A stretch of 64,000 bases of DNA from Macrostomum lignano (Eukaryota): NCBI GenBank assembly GCA_002269645.1, contig NIVC01001215.1, positions 1 to 64,000 of the forward strand. Reading direction: 5' to 3'. The first letter of the stretch is position 1. The number at the start of each line of letters is the position of its first letter. Shown piece after piece: positions 25,901-34,365 of the stretch. The position numbers were made by a program, and so were the translations under genes. The notes beneath the pieces are model-generated. The model had not been told where the DNA came from, searched no databases, and worked only from the letters and a program-made list of their open reading frames with translations.

Positions 25901-28900
25901 GAGAGGCAGATGAACCGAGAGGTAGACAAACAGTGCTACTTTTGTAAAATCTACGCTCGAAATACGTGTATCTATGTTGGCATACCGTAAAAAGAGGAAA
26001 CCTGCACTCACCTCTTTTTAAACTTGACCAACTCATCAGTATTGTCAGAATCATCAGAATCATCAGTATTGTTGCCCACGTCGATAGCATCTTCCGCTTT
26101 CCGTTGGCTGCCGTCTTCATAGCTCTGGATGCCGTACTGGTCGTCCTCAGCTGCCGACTCATCATGACTCGTCCAGTCTGGGGCCATGCTTTCTAGGACG
26201 AATGCTGTCATCGTCATCATCCTCCTCATGGTCGTCCTGGTCGTCATCAGCTGCCGACTCATCATGATCGTCGTCCAGTCTGGGGCCATGCCTTCTAGGA
26301 CGAATGCTGTCATCTTCTTCTTCTGACTTTTTATCGCCTTTCGGCATAGTCAACCAGGCGGGTCCCCGTCTCACTCGCCAAGGCACACTTTCCTATGTCG
26401 AGCCAGGTTCGTTGCAGCCTGCTGTCGGCCACAGTGCGGGCACGGTACCCGTCTACTGCGGTAGATTCTGCCGATGTTGGCCATCGGTGTGGTCCTGATC
26501 GGAGTGTCGGCTTGGTCCGTTCTCGTGTTCTGTTTCTTGCACGTCCTCCAGTGTCTCGCGAAATTGCTGCTACTGAGCCATTTCCCGCAGCTTGTGCAGT
26601 TCGTGCGGCCGTCGGACTGGGTGGTTCCGCGGCACCACTTATGGTGGTTTTTTCTAGTCGCTTCGGTCTTGAAAGGTTTCCCGCACTTAGGGCAGGGGAG
26701 GGATACCTCTGCGACGGTGTGGTGCATGCGTTTGTGGTGAATGGCCAGGCCGCCTCTTGATGCGCATACCTTTTCGCAGTGCTCATATTTGCACCGGTAG
26801 CCCGTTAATTCGGTCTCTTGGGTGGGCTGTGTCCCTGCTAGGGGTGCTTCGGTTTGCTGATCGACTCCTTCTGGTGGTAAGTTCCCGCGCCTGCTTAACA
26901 TCTTTTCTAGGATGTCCAGTTGATGCCTTCTTTCCTTAGTCACTGCTCTCCAAGTCTCCCGATCCAGTGCCAGTCTTTCGATGTCTAGTTCGTCAACCTT
27001 TGCTGTTTTTAACATTTTTTTCCAGTAGGACATAATAGTTTGTTTCCGTTTACGGGCTTTTCGAACACTCTCGAATGCTGTCATCGTCATCATCCTCCTC
27101 ATGGTCGTCCTGGTCGTCCTCAGCTGCCGACTTAGCATGATCATCGTCCAGTCGGCCACGCTTTCTAGGACGAATGCTGTTCCCGGCATCATCGTCCTGC
27201 ATGTCGTTCTTCTCGCCAACAGCTACTGACGAATCCTTGTCGCCGCCTTACTTGACTTAGCTGCAGGGGGCTCCGCGCGTCCGGAAACAGCGAGGAGGCG
27301 TTGCCGCCCATTTCGCTAACCCCTGGCCTTGTCGCCGTCAAGTCGGTCGAGCTCGCTTGGATGACCGCTGCCATAATCTTCATCGTCCTGGCTGTGTTCC
27401 TTTTCACCATCCTCATCCTCTGTCAGCGTCGGAAGCTCTACTGGGCGCGCGGGGTCAGGCAAAGCTGCTGATGCATGTTGAGTAGAGCGGCCATGGTGAC
27501 ATTGTGGTTCCTGGCTTGATAAAACTGCTTCGCAATGGCACTGGAATGGCGTCGGGACTTAACAACAACGATTTCCTCCGATGGAGAAAGCAGCTCCTTT
27601 GACGCAGTAGAATGTGCTTGGCGGATATGCGTTGCTGTTAGCTGAAAATTATGGAGAAAGATGTTCAGAAAGTTTCGAGCTCCGGTTGTTGTCAGGCAGC
27701 GGTAGTTAGGATGTGGTAGTGCGAATATCTATCTCCCTCAAAAATATCTTGGGGAATTGGGGAGTGTCCACTTGGGGAATTCCTTTTTTAACCGTCTCTA
27801 ACTATAAAAATGAAAACTCTGTCTGTGTGTGTCTGTCTGTGGACAATTTCATTCGCTCCCAAATCTCAAACTCCCAAATCGCTCAACCAAATTACACCAA
27901 ATTTTTCACCCACCCTAAACTGCGGAGAATGTCTTAGGTTATCTTTTGATTTCCTAACTCGAGTCTTTTTCCTACCTAAAAGTATCAAAAGGATGATGTG
28001 ATTAACCTGATTAAAATGCAATCCAGCAAAATTAGTTACATATGAAAATTTTAGCTCTAAGTTTCACATAAAGGTACTTTACATATCTGCGGTGTGACCT
28101 GCGTGTCTGCTGGGTGACCTGCATATCTGCGGTGTGACCTGCGTGTCTGCTGTGTGACCTGCATGTCTGTGGTGTGACCTGCGTGTCTGCTGAGTGACCT
28201 GCATATCTGCGGTGTGACCTGCGTGTCTGCTGTGTGACCTGCATGTCTGTGGTGTGACCTGCGTGTCTGCTGAGTGATCTGTCTGTTCGCTGTGACCTGC
28301 GTGTCTGCTGTGTGACCTGCATATCTGCAGTGCGACCTGCGTGTCTGCTGGGTGATCTGTCTGTTCGCTGTGACCTGCGTGTCTGCTGTGTGACCTGCAT
28401 ATCTGCGGTGTGACCTGCGTGTCTGCTGTGTGACCTGCATGTCTGCGGTTTGACCTGCGTGTCTGCTTTGTGACCTGCATATCTGCGGTGTGACCTGCGT
28501 GTCTGCTGTGTGACCTGCATGTCTGCGGTGTGACCTGCGTGTCTGCTGTGTGACCTGCATGTCTGCGGTTTGACCTGCGTGTCTGCTGGGTGATCTGTCT
28601 GCTGTGTGACCTGCGTGTCTGATGTGTGACCTGCGTGTCTTCTGGGTGATCTGTGTCTGTCTGCTGTGTGACCTGCGTGTCTTCTGGGTGATCTGTGTCT
28701 ATCTGCTGTGTGACCTGCGTGTCTTCTGGGTGATCTGTGTCTGTCTGCTGTGTGACCTGCGTTTCTACCTGCTGTGTGACCTGCGTTTCTGCTCTGAAAG
28801 CATATATGTTAAATAACTCAGACATGCTTAGAATGCACAGCCTTTTAAAGTTTCTCATCTTGCCTCCACTCTGCAGGAATGAGAGCAGCACCGAGATCTC

Positions 28901-31191
28901 CAGTTTGGCGGTAAGATCAAAGGAATCGGCTAGATAAGCCAGTTAAGCCAGTGTGCTATTCAGCCCACTGTAGTTGGTTTCCTGAGAGCGGGTTGGTTTG
29001 AGCAGTCAGTTTAGCAGCGTCCCCTCCCCTTGCTCAACTCGGAACTTCCGACAGAGCGACGCGTCTCTGGAGGTCGTTTCGGAGCAAAAGGAGCCGCAAG
29101 AGCTGACGGACGTCTGCATTTTGCTGTTCCGCCTGGACCTGCCGGAAGGCCATCCGGCCTTCAACCGGCTGCATGTGACCGGCGGCTCCGGGTGACTGTG
29201 TCTGTCTGCTGGTGAGCTGCTCGTGACTGTGCTGGGTGTGACCTGCTGCGGGGATCTGTCTGTGCTGTGTGACCTGGTGTGCTGCATGTCTGCTGTGTGA
29301 CCTGCGTGTCTGCTGTGTGACCTGCGTGTCTGCTGGGTGATCTGTGTCTGTCTGCTGTGTGACCTGCGTGTCTTCTGGGTGATCTGTGTCTGTCTGCTGT
29401 GTGACCTGTGTGTCTTCTGGGTGATCTGTATCTGTCTGCTGTGTGACCTGCGTTTCTACCTGCTGTGTGACCTGCGTTTCTGCTGTGAAAGCATATATGT
29501 TAAATAACTCAGACATGCTTAGAATGCACAGCTTTTTAAAGTTTCTCATCTTGCCTCCACTCTGCAGGAATGAGAGCAGCACCGAGATCTCCAGTTTGGC
29601 GGTAAGATCAAAGGAATCGGCTAGATAAGCCAGTTAAGCCAGTGTGCTATTCAGCCCACTGTAGTTGGTTTCCTGAGAGCGGGTTGGTTTGAGCAGTCAG
29701 TTTAGCAGCGTCCCCTCCCTTTGCTCAACTCGGAACTTCCGACAGAGCGACGCGTCTCTGGAGGTCGTTGCGGAGCAAAAGGAGCCGCAAGAGCTGACGG
29801 ACGTCTGCATTGTGCTGTTCCGCCTGGACCTGCCGGAAGGCCATCCGGCCTTCAACCGGCTGCATGCGACCGGCGGTGGGAAGAGGTGTGGTGATCGAGA
29901 TGAGCAGGGGGGCTGCTGTGCAGGTGTGAGATAGATCAGGTGTGGGATAGATCAGGTGTGGGATAGATCAGGTGTGGGATAGATCAGGTGTGGGATAGAT
30001 CAGGTGTGGGATAGATCAGGTGTGGGATAGATCAGGTGTGGGATAGATCAGGTGTGGGATAGATCAGGTGTGGGATAGATCAGGTGTGGGATAGATCAGG
30101 TGTGGGATAGATCAGGTGTGGGATAGATCAGGTGTGGATAGATCAGGTGTGGATAGATCAGTGTGGGATAGATCAGGTGTGGATAGATCAGGTGTGGGAT
30201 AGATCAGGTGTGAGATAGATCAGGTGTGGGATAGATCAGGTGTGGGATAGATCAGGTGTGGGATAGATCAGGTGTGAGATAGATCAGGTGTGGGATAGAT
30301 CAGGTGTGGGATAGAATGTGTCAGGTGTAGATGTGTCAGATATGAGATGTGTCAGTGTGAGATGTGTCAGGTGTAGAATGTGTCAGGTGTAGAATGTGTC
30401 AGGTGTAGAATGTGTCAGGTGTAGAATGTGTCAGGTGTAGAATGTGTCAGGTGTAGAATGTGTCAGGTGTAGAATGTGTCAGGTGTAGAATGTGTCAGGT
30501 GTAGAATGTGTCAGGTGGAAGTGTGCTGTGTCAGGTGGCAGCCTCCTCTCCATCCGCAGGTGCACCCGGAGGACAAGACCGGCTCGGTGATCCGGGCTGC
30601 CCTGGAGCGGCACGGCCTGGCCGAGTCGCCCGAGCTGTTCGTCATCGTGCAGCTGCTGGCTGGCGGCGCCGGTGAGCAGGTGGAGCGGGATGGAGCATTG
30701 GAGATTTTATATTGATTGTTTAGGATGAGGTTTGATATTTCTCAGGGTGAGATTTGATATTGCTGTCAGGGTGAGTTTGATATTGCTCGGGTGAGATTTG
30801 ATGTTATTGCTGGGGCTGAGATTTGATATTGCTGGGGGTGAGATTTGATATTGCGGGGGTGAGATTTGATATTGCGGGGGGTGACATTTGATATTGCGGG
30901 GGTGAGATTTGATATTCCTCAGGGTGGGATTTTGCACTGTGTGAATGCAGCAAGCAATGGTCGCCACTTCCCGCAGAGTTGGTGGTCCCTGACCGGTCCA
31001 ACGTGTTTTACGCCCTGGACACTCGGTCAGCAGCCCCGGTGTTCGCTGCGGCCGCCGGGGAGGCCGCGGCCGACGGCCCGAAGCGAGTTCTGTGCGCCCT
31101 GCGGCACCAGCAGGTGCAGGGCGACCGCCTCATCAGCAGCAACCGGACGGCCGGGCTCAGGCGGCTGCTACCACACTGGCTGAAGCTGTGA
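13997..31191 (+). CDS. RALGDS: RalGDS/RGL-family Ral GEF (REM + CDC25 + RA); exons 13997-14190, 14294-14648, 20348-20853, 21113-21399, 28877-28910, ~28989-29174, 30560-30671, 30977-31191; single-base frameshifts at ~14040 and ~20590; 5' end not identified
   Basis: AGSLEAIVEGL..LLTTYPAF (REM); VAEQLTRLD..HECLGSQW, FSSL..I, GTVPYLGTFLTDL, LINFDKRRREY (CDC25); DVCILLFRLD..EDKTGSVIRAALERHGL..VPDRSNVFYAL (RA). Confidence 0.9.
14692..14819. repeat. 39-bp tandem repeat, about 3 copies
   Basis: gggatctgcagctaagcccagcatccctatgagctgatg. Confidence 0.9.
15049..15891 (+). CDS. Gag of the Mag-type element (two zinc knuckles); ATG overlaps the PBS
   Basis: CLCCGKVGHMKTKC and CDKCGKEGHLKNMC; LRDQFIFGL. 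Confidence 0.9.
   Translation: MATRTPTMELLDEGEDPQRWNQRFEICASLNDWKDDKKRNAFLALIGKKTFNMLADAIVPYKLEKKTYDYLSQLLKNQVRMEKPTIACRYEFHKAKQEANEDIVTYGRRLRQLSEDCRFGEDEGKNRLRDQFIFGLYNKEILRKLLEEDIEKQTWERVTAVATACEAVQKSEKHISGSNVLQTRHITSRQQPQRSGEYRKSQPTRNAEGRSSKEITCLCCGKVGHMKTKCRFKTRKCDKCGKEGHLKNMCKASKFRSDQRGPSRVRLMQEQRQREQLSDE
16119..18892 (-). mobile_element. 5'-truncated non-LTR retrotransposon with RNase H (LOA/R1/I-group type), nested in the Mag element
   Basis: 11-bp TSD AAACTGCGGCC at 16108-16118 and 18893-18903; short CTAAGTTAAG-type 3' tail. Confidence 0.92.
16227..18821 (-). CDS. LINE ORF2 remnant: RT + RNase H + C-terminal zinc knuckle; APE domain missing
   Basis: FRPISLTS, QHAFRAGRS, GSPQGGVLSP, GYADD; YTDGS..SDSQAAL..WIPGH..GNELADTLAK; CPFC..EDAQHFVCHC. 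Confidence 0.95.
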   Translation of the reverse strand: MKALTLDKMSKLSSVKRTDGTSTDNPGETLDVMLTAFFPNEPANQTTPDHSEGGHALAASIITEDRIVRAANSFKPFKAPGPDGIVPALLREAVKCPGFLRKLCSLLRACITLGYVPQAWTEAKVIFIPKPGRPDYHSIKSFRPISLTSSLVKLMERLVLWRLLSVELKNKPLSENQHAFRAGRSTESALHVLVDKLEKAVLGSGFALGIFLDIIGAFDNVLFEAFRRALCERLTHSHLTRWIMYMISHRTATASLLGYQRTVPVCKGSPQGGVLSPVLWNMVIDELLRDVRPDPILKVGYADDVTAVASGPSPDTLRDLLQNFIYAAEQWADRCGLRLSETKTAAIMFTSRTKWQIRPLTLYGREIPFCKQTKCLGITLDHRLNWSPHVQTKAKKAFAVLAQLRRAVGTTWGLTPKRLWWIYTAMVRPAISYGGLIWASALQIKTCLEALRRAQGRACRTIMSAPPSAPYDGLNAFLNIPPLDIFVRREAAKTARRLADAGIRIQPHRAMAKRKLLPHADLCLKDLRDSGGLHVLSDGEPRTLNLFQRYKVTIPSRDAANDHWNFQEVHCYTDGSIKDGRAGFGVCIIINGRVIATHAQHTGRLSTVFQNEVLAISSCAAELNAKVTRGKTIVIHSDSQAALQALCHTTTNSRTVADCARQLNLLARSNTVRLKWIPGHAGFPGNELADTLAKRGGSGSFFGPAPLVPMPLTVINRQIDDWADSLHRDRWAGTQNCRQSRAAVPCPSHRLRNILLNQNRKDIRALVMTLTGHGYLARHCFLRGDLESEICPFCECDNEDAQHFVCHCPFFNRDRLRYLGPNPSIDEVCQPDSIPRLIQFLRATRRASFFPTEDHAAGRTGGPP
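21410..21593. repeat. 20-bp minisatellite (ctgtgtgacctgcgtgtctg), left part
   Basis: The same unit resumes at 28080. Confidence 0.9.
21594..22542. repeat. ~950-bp direct repeat, copy A
   Basis: Near-identical to 24029-24994; contains minus-strand exons (MKRPCDFEAEQLDF...) and an AT-rich spacer. Confidence 0.95.
22560..24305 (-). pseudogene. Spliced gene of unknown function with frameshifts; its C-terminal domain is paralogous to 25271-25500
   Basis: Exons MKRPCD...SENR and RSPSPTCEEED...TLCTW with GT donors; last exon GRKIKSIIKELLANNGPKSKNPIKPSK. Confidence 0.55.
24029..24994. repeat. ~950-bp direct repeat, copy B
   Basis: Near-identical to 21594-22542. Confidence 0.95.
26315..27071 (-). 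mobile_element. 5'-truncated RTE-like non-LTR retrotransposon with a C-terminal zinc-finger array
   Basis: 14-bp TSD CGAATGCTGTCATC (26301-26314, 27072-27085); (GAA)n tail; LALDRETWR motif followed by four C2H2/C2HC fingers (ORF 26371-27219). Confidence 0.88.
27246..27326 (-). mobile_element. 81-bp LINE 3'-UTR stub related to the element at 16119-18892
   Basis: 11-bp TSD CCTTGTCGCCG (27235-27245, 27327-27337); resembles 16122-16195 (ttagctgcaggg...cagcg.ggaggcg...cgccca...cgcta.cccctg). Confidence 0.85.
28080..28790. repeat. 20-bp minisatellite, right part (also 29200-29480)
   Basis: ctgtgtgacctgcgtgtctg variants. Confidence 0.93.
28745..29878 (+). repeat. Tandem duplication (offset 691 bp) containing two RalGDS exons
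   Basis: 28745-29185 is nearly identical to 29436-29876; exon 28877-28910 recurs at 29568-29601. Confidence 0.95.
29930..30525. repeat. Two adjacent 16-bp minisatellites (tgtgggatagatcagg; gtgtagaatgtgtcag)
   Basis: Direct reading. Confidence 0.95.
30720..30925. repeat. ~20-bp degenerate intronic repeat (gagatttgatattgcggggggt)
   Basis: Direct reading. Confidence 0.85.
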
Positions 31192-31517
31192 TCTGAGCCG
31201 ATATGTATCGAAAACACCCGTTGCTAAGGTTCTATTATTAAGTACATGGACCACTAGAACTGCCCCTGGACTGGAGACGAACCTGAAAATGTAAAAAATT
31301 GCAATGGGTGGTCAGAAAAATTAAATTATTTCCCTAAGGACTTTGCACTTTTAGCTTTGAAATTGTTCAACAGATCTGAAGAAGTACATGCAGTACTTTT
31401 TATATTAGAAGTCCTTCTACTCAGTACCGACTTCTTGCTTCCCCGAGCTGTTGGCACTGCGCCGTAAATCAAGGTGACAGCCGACCAGCAGCCAGCGAGG
31501 AGGCCAGCAGTCAGGCT

Positions 31518-31750
31518 GCACCTGTGTGCACCTGTGTGCACCTGTGTGCACCTGTGTGCACCTGTGTGCACCTGTGTGCACCTGTGTGCATATCCCTGTG
31601 TGCACCTGTGTGCACCTGTGTGCCTATCCCTGTGTGCACCTGTGTGCACCTGTGTGCACCTGTGTGTCTATCCCTGTGTGCACCTGTGTGTCTATCCCTG
31701 TGTGCACCTGTGTGCACCTGTGTGCCTATCCCTGTGTGCACCTGTGTGCT
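31518..31750. repeat. 10-bp minisatellite (tgtgcacctg)
   Basis: Direct reading. Confidence 0.95.
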
Positions 31751-32579
31751 TAGAGTCAGTGGAATGGAAACCCTACACCCTTATCGTGAAATTTTACATT
31801 TTCAGCCGTCCAGGTGTACTTTTCCAGAGGTGTCTGGTCACAGACATTATTTTAAAAATTCCTGCAGTTAGAGGAGAAATCTGCAAGTCGCTACTCACAA
31901 GTAGCGCATTCCGTGCGATATTTGTATAGAATTGTCTTGTGTAGAAACTCGAATGTGTGCCGAGATGAAGGCAAATTTTTTCCACTCCCGCATAAGTCGT
32001 GTTTGCTGATTTCCTTCCGAAATTGCCGCAGATTATGAGTTATTCCTCTATTGCTTGATTTACAATGACAGAAACTGATTTGATTGCTTTGATTGAAATA
32101 ATTATGCTACTTTTCTATGCATTCCACTGATTGTAGGTCAGAATGAGAATCGTTTTTATCATTTTTAACAGATGGTCTATGGAATTCTTTGATTCCGCTC
32201 AGTGCAATGTCTTCCTGTATGTGTGCTCTGTGCAATGTCCTTTTGGATAATCAGCTTTTTTATATAATTATATAATTTACTATTTATTGACCTCGGTTTC
32301 TCCTCTACCTGCGCTGTACACTCGTATGTACAAGATATATAGAAAATCGTTGAAAATAAATGAAATTTTTATGAGCCGCACCTACGGTCAGGAAGTTTTA
32401 ATTAAACCACAGCAACCAGCTTGCTTGCAAGCGGCAACTGCTGGGTGCATGCTCTTGAATCAGAGTTCGATAAATATGACTCGAATTCTTACTGTTTTTA
32501 AGCACTGAGCTCAGAAGACTTTGGTTTGAATCGGCGAAATGCTCCAGTAAAATTCGGAAGCAGAAGGAACAGAAGTAGG

Positions 32580-34365
32580 AGACAACAGCAAGAGTGCTAG
32601 GAAGGACAACAGTAAGAGTGCTAGGAAGGACAACAGCAAGAGTGCTAGGAAGGACAACAGCAAGAGTGCTAGGAAGGACAACAGCAAGAGTGCTAGGAAG
32701 GACAACAGCAAGAGTGCTAGGAAGGACAACAGCAAGAGTGCTAGGAAGGACAACAGCAAGAGTGCTAGGCAGACAACAGCAAGAGTGCTAGGAAGGACAG
32801 CAGCAAGAGTGCTAGGAAGGACAACAGCAAGAGTGCTAGGAAGGACAACAGCAAGAGTGCTAGGAAGGACAACAGCAAGAGTGCTAGGAAGGACAACAGC
32901 AAGAGTGCTAGGAAGGACAACAGCAAGAGTGCTAGGAAGGACAACAGCAAGAGTGCTAGGAAGACAACAGCAAGAGTGCCAGGAAGGACAACAGCAAGAG
33001 TGCTAGGAAGACAACAGCAAGAGGGTTAGGCAGACAACAGCAAGAGGGTTAGGCAGACAACAGCAAGAGTGCTAGGCAGACAACAGCAAGAGTGCTAGGC
33101 AGACAACAGCAAGAGTGTTACGGCGGCAACAGCAAGAGTGCTGGGAAGACAACAGCAAGAGTGTTACGGCGGCAACAGCAAGAGTGCTAGGAAGACAACA
33201 GCAAGAGTGTTACAGCGGCAACAGCAAGAGTGCTAGGAAGACAACAGCAAGAGTGCTAGGAAGACAACAGCAAGAGGGTTAGGCAGACAACAGCAAGAGT
33301 GCTAGGAAGGACAACAGCAAGAGTGCTAGGAAGGACAACAGCAAGAGTGCTAGGAAGGACAACAGCAAGAGTGCTAGGCAGACAACAGCAAGAGTGTTAC
33401 GGCGGCAACAGCAAGAGTGCTAGGAAGACAACAGCAAGAGTGTTACGGCGGCAACAGCAAAAGTGCTAGGAAGACAACAGCAAGAGTGCTAGTAAGACAA
33501 CAGCAAGAGGGTTAGGCAGACAACAGCAAGAGTGCTAGGCAGACAACAGCAAGAGTGCTAGGCAGACAACAGCAAGAGTGCTAGGCAGACAACAGCAAGA
33601 GTGTTACGGCAGCAACAGCAAGAGTGCTAGGAAGACAACAGCAAGAGTGTTACGGCGGCAACAGCAAGAGTGCTAGGAAGACAACAGCAAGAGTGCTAGG
33701 AAGACAACAGCAAGAGTGTTACGGCGGCAACAGCAAGAATGCTAGGCAGACAACAGCAAGAGTGCTAGGCGGACAACAGCAAGAGTGTTACGGCGGCAAC
33801 AGCAAGAATGCTAGGCAGACAACAGCAAGAGTGCTAGGCAGACAACAGCAAGAGTGCTAGGCAGACAACAGCAAGAGTGCTAGGCGGACAACAGCAAGAG
33901 TGCTAGGAAGGACAACAGCAAGAGTGCTATGAAGACAACAGCAAGAGTGCTAGGAAGAGAACAGCAAGAGTGCTAGGCGGACAACAGCAAGAGTGCTAGG
34001 AAGACAACAGCAAGAGTGCTAGGAAGACAACAGCAAGAGTGCTAGGAAGACAACAGCAAGAGTGCTAGAAAGAGAACAGCAAGAGTGCTAGGCGGACAAC
34101 AGCAAGAGTGCTAGGAAGACAACAGCAAGAGTGCTAGGAAGACAACAGCAAGAGTGCTAGGAAGACAACAGCAAGAGTGCTAGGAAGAGAACAGCAAGAG
34201 TGCTAGGCGGACAACAGCAAGAGTGCTAGGAAGACAACAGCAAGAGTGCTAGGAAGACAACAGCAAGAGTGCTAGGAAGACAACAGCAAGAGTGTTACGG
34301 CGGCAACAGCAAGAGTGCTAGGCGGACAACAGCAAGAGTGTTACGGCGGCAACAGCAAGAATGCT
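32580..34365. repeat. 20/21-bp minisatellite (acaacagcaagagtgctaggaagg and variants)
   Basis: Direct reading. Confidence 0.96.

Larger units (their letters stand above)
25271..27728 (-). pseudogene. 5'-truncated tyrosine-recombinase gene (Crypton-like): catalytic C-terminus, acidic repeats, intron and an unknown C-terminal domain; interrupted by two retro-insertions
   Basis: Manual translation of 27728-27438: FLNIFLHNFQLTATHIRQAHST...KSRRHSSAIAKQFYQ, with R-x24-H-x8-Y spacing; continues (+1 C) into TEDEDGEK and DDQDDHEEDDDDDSIRPRK repeats; GT donor near 26005; last exon is ORF 25271-25771. Confidence 0.7.
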
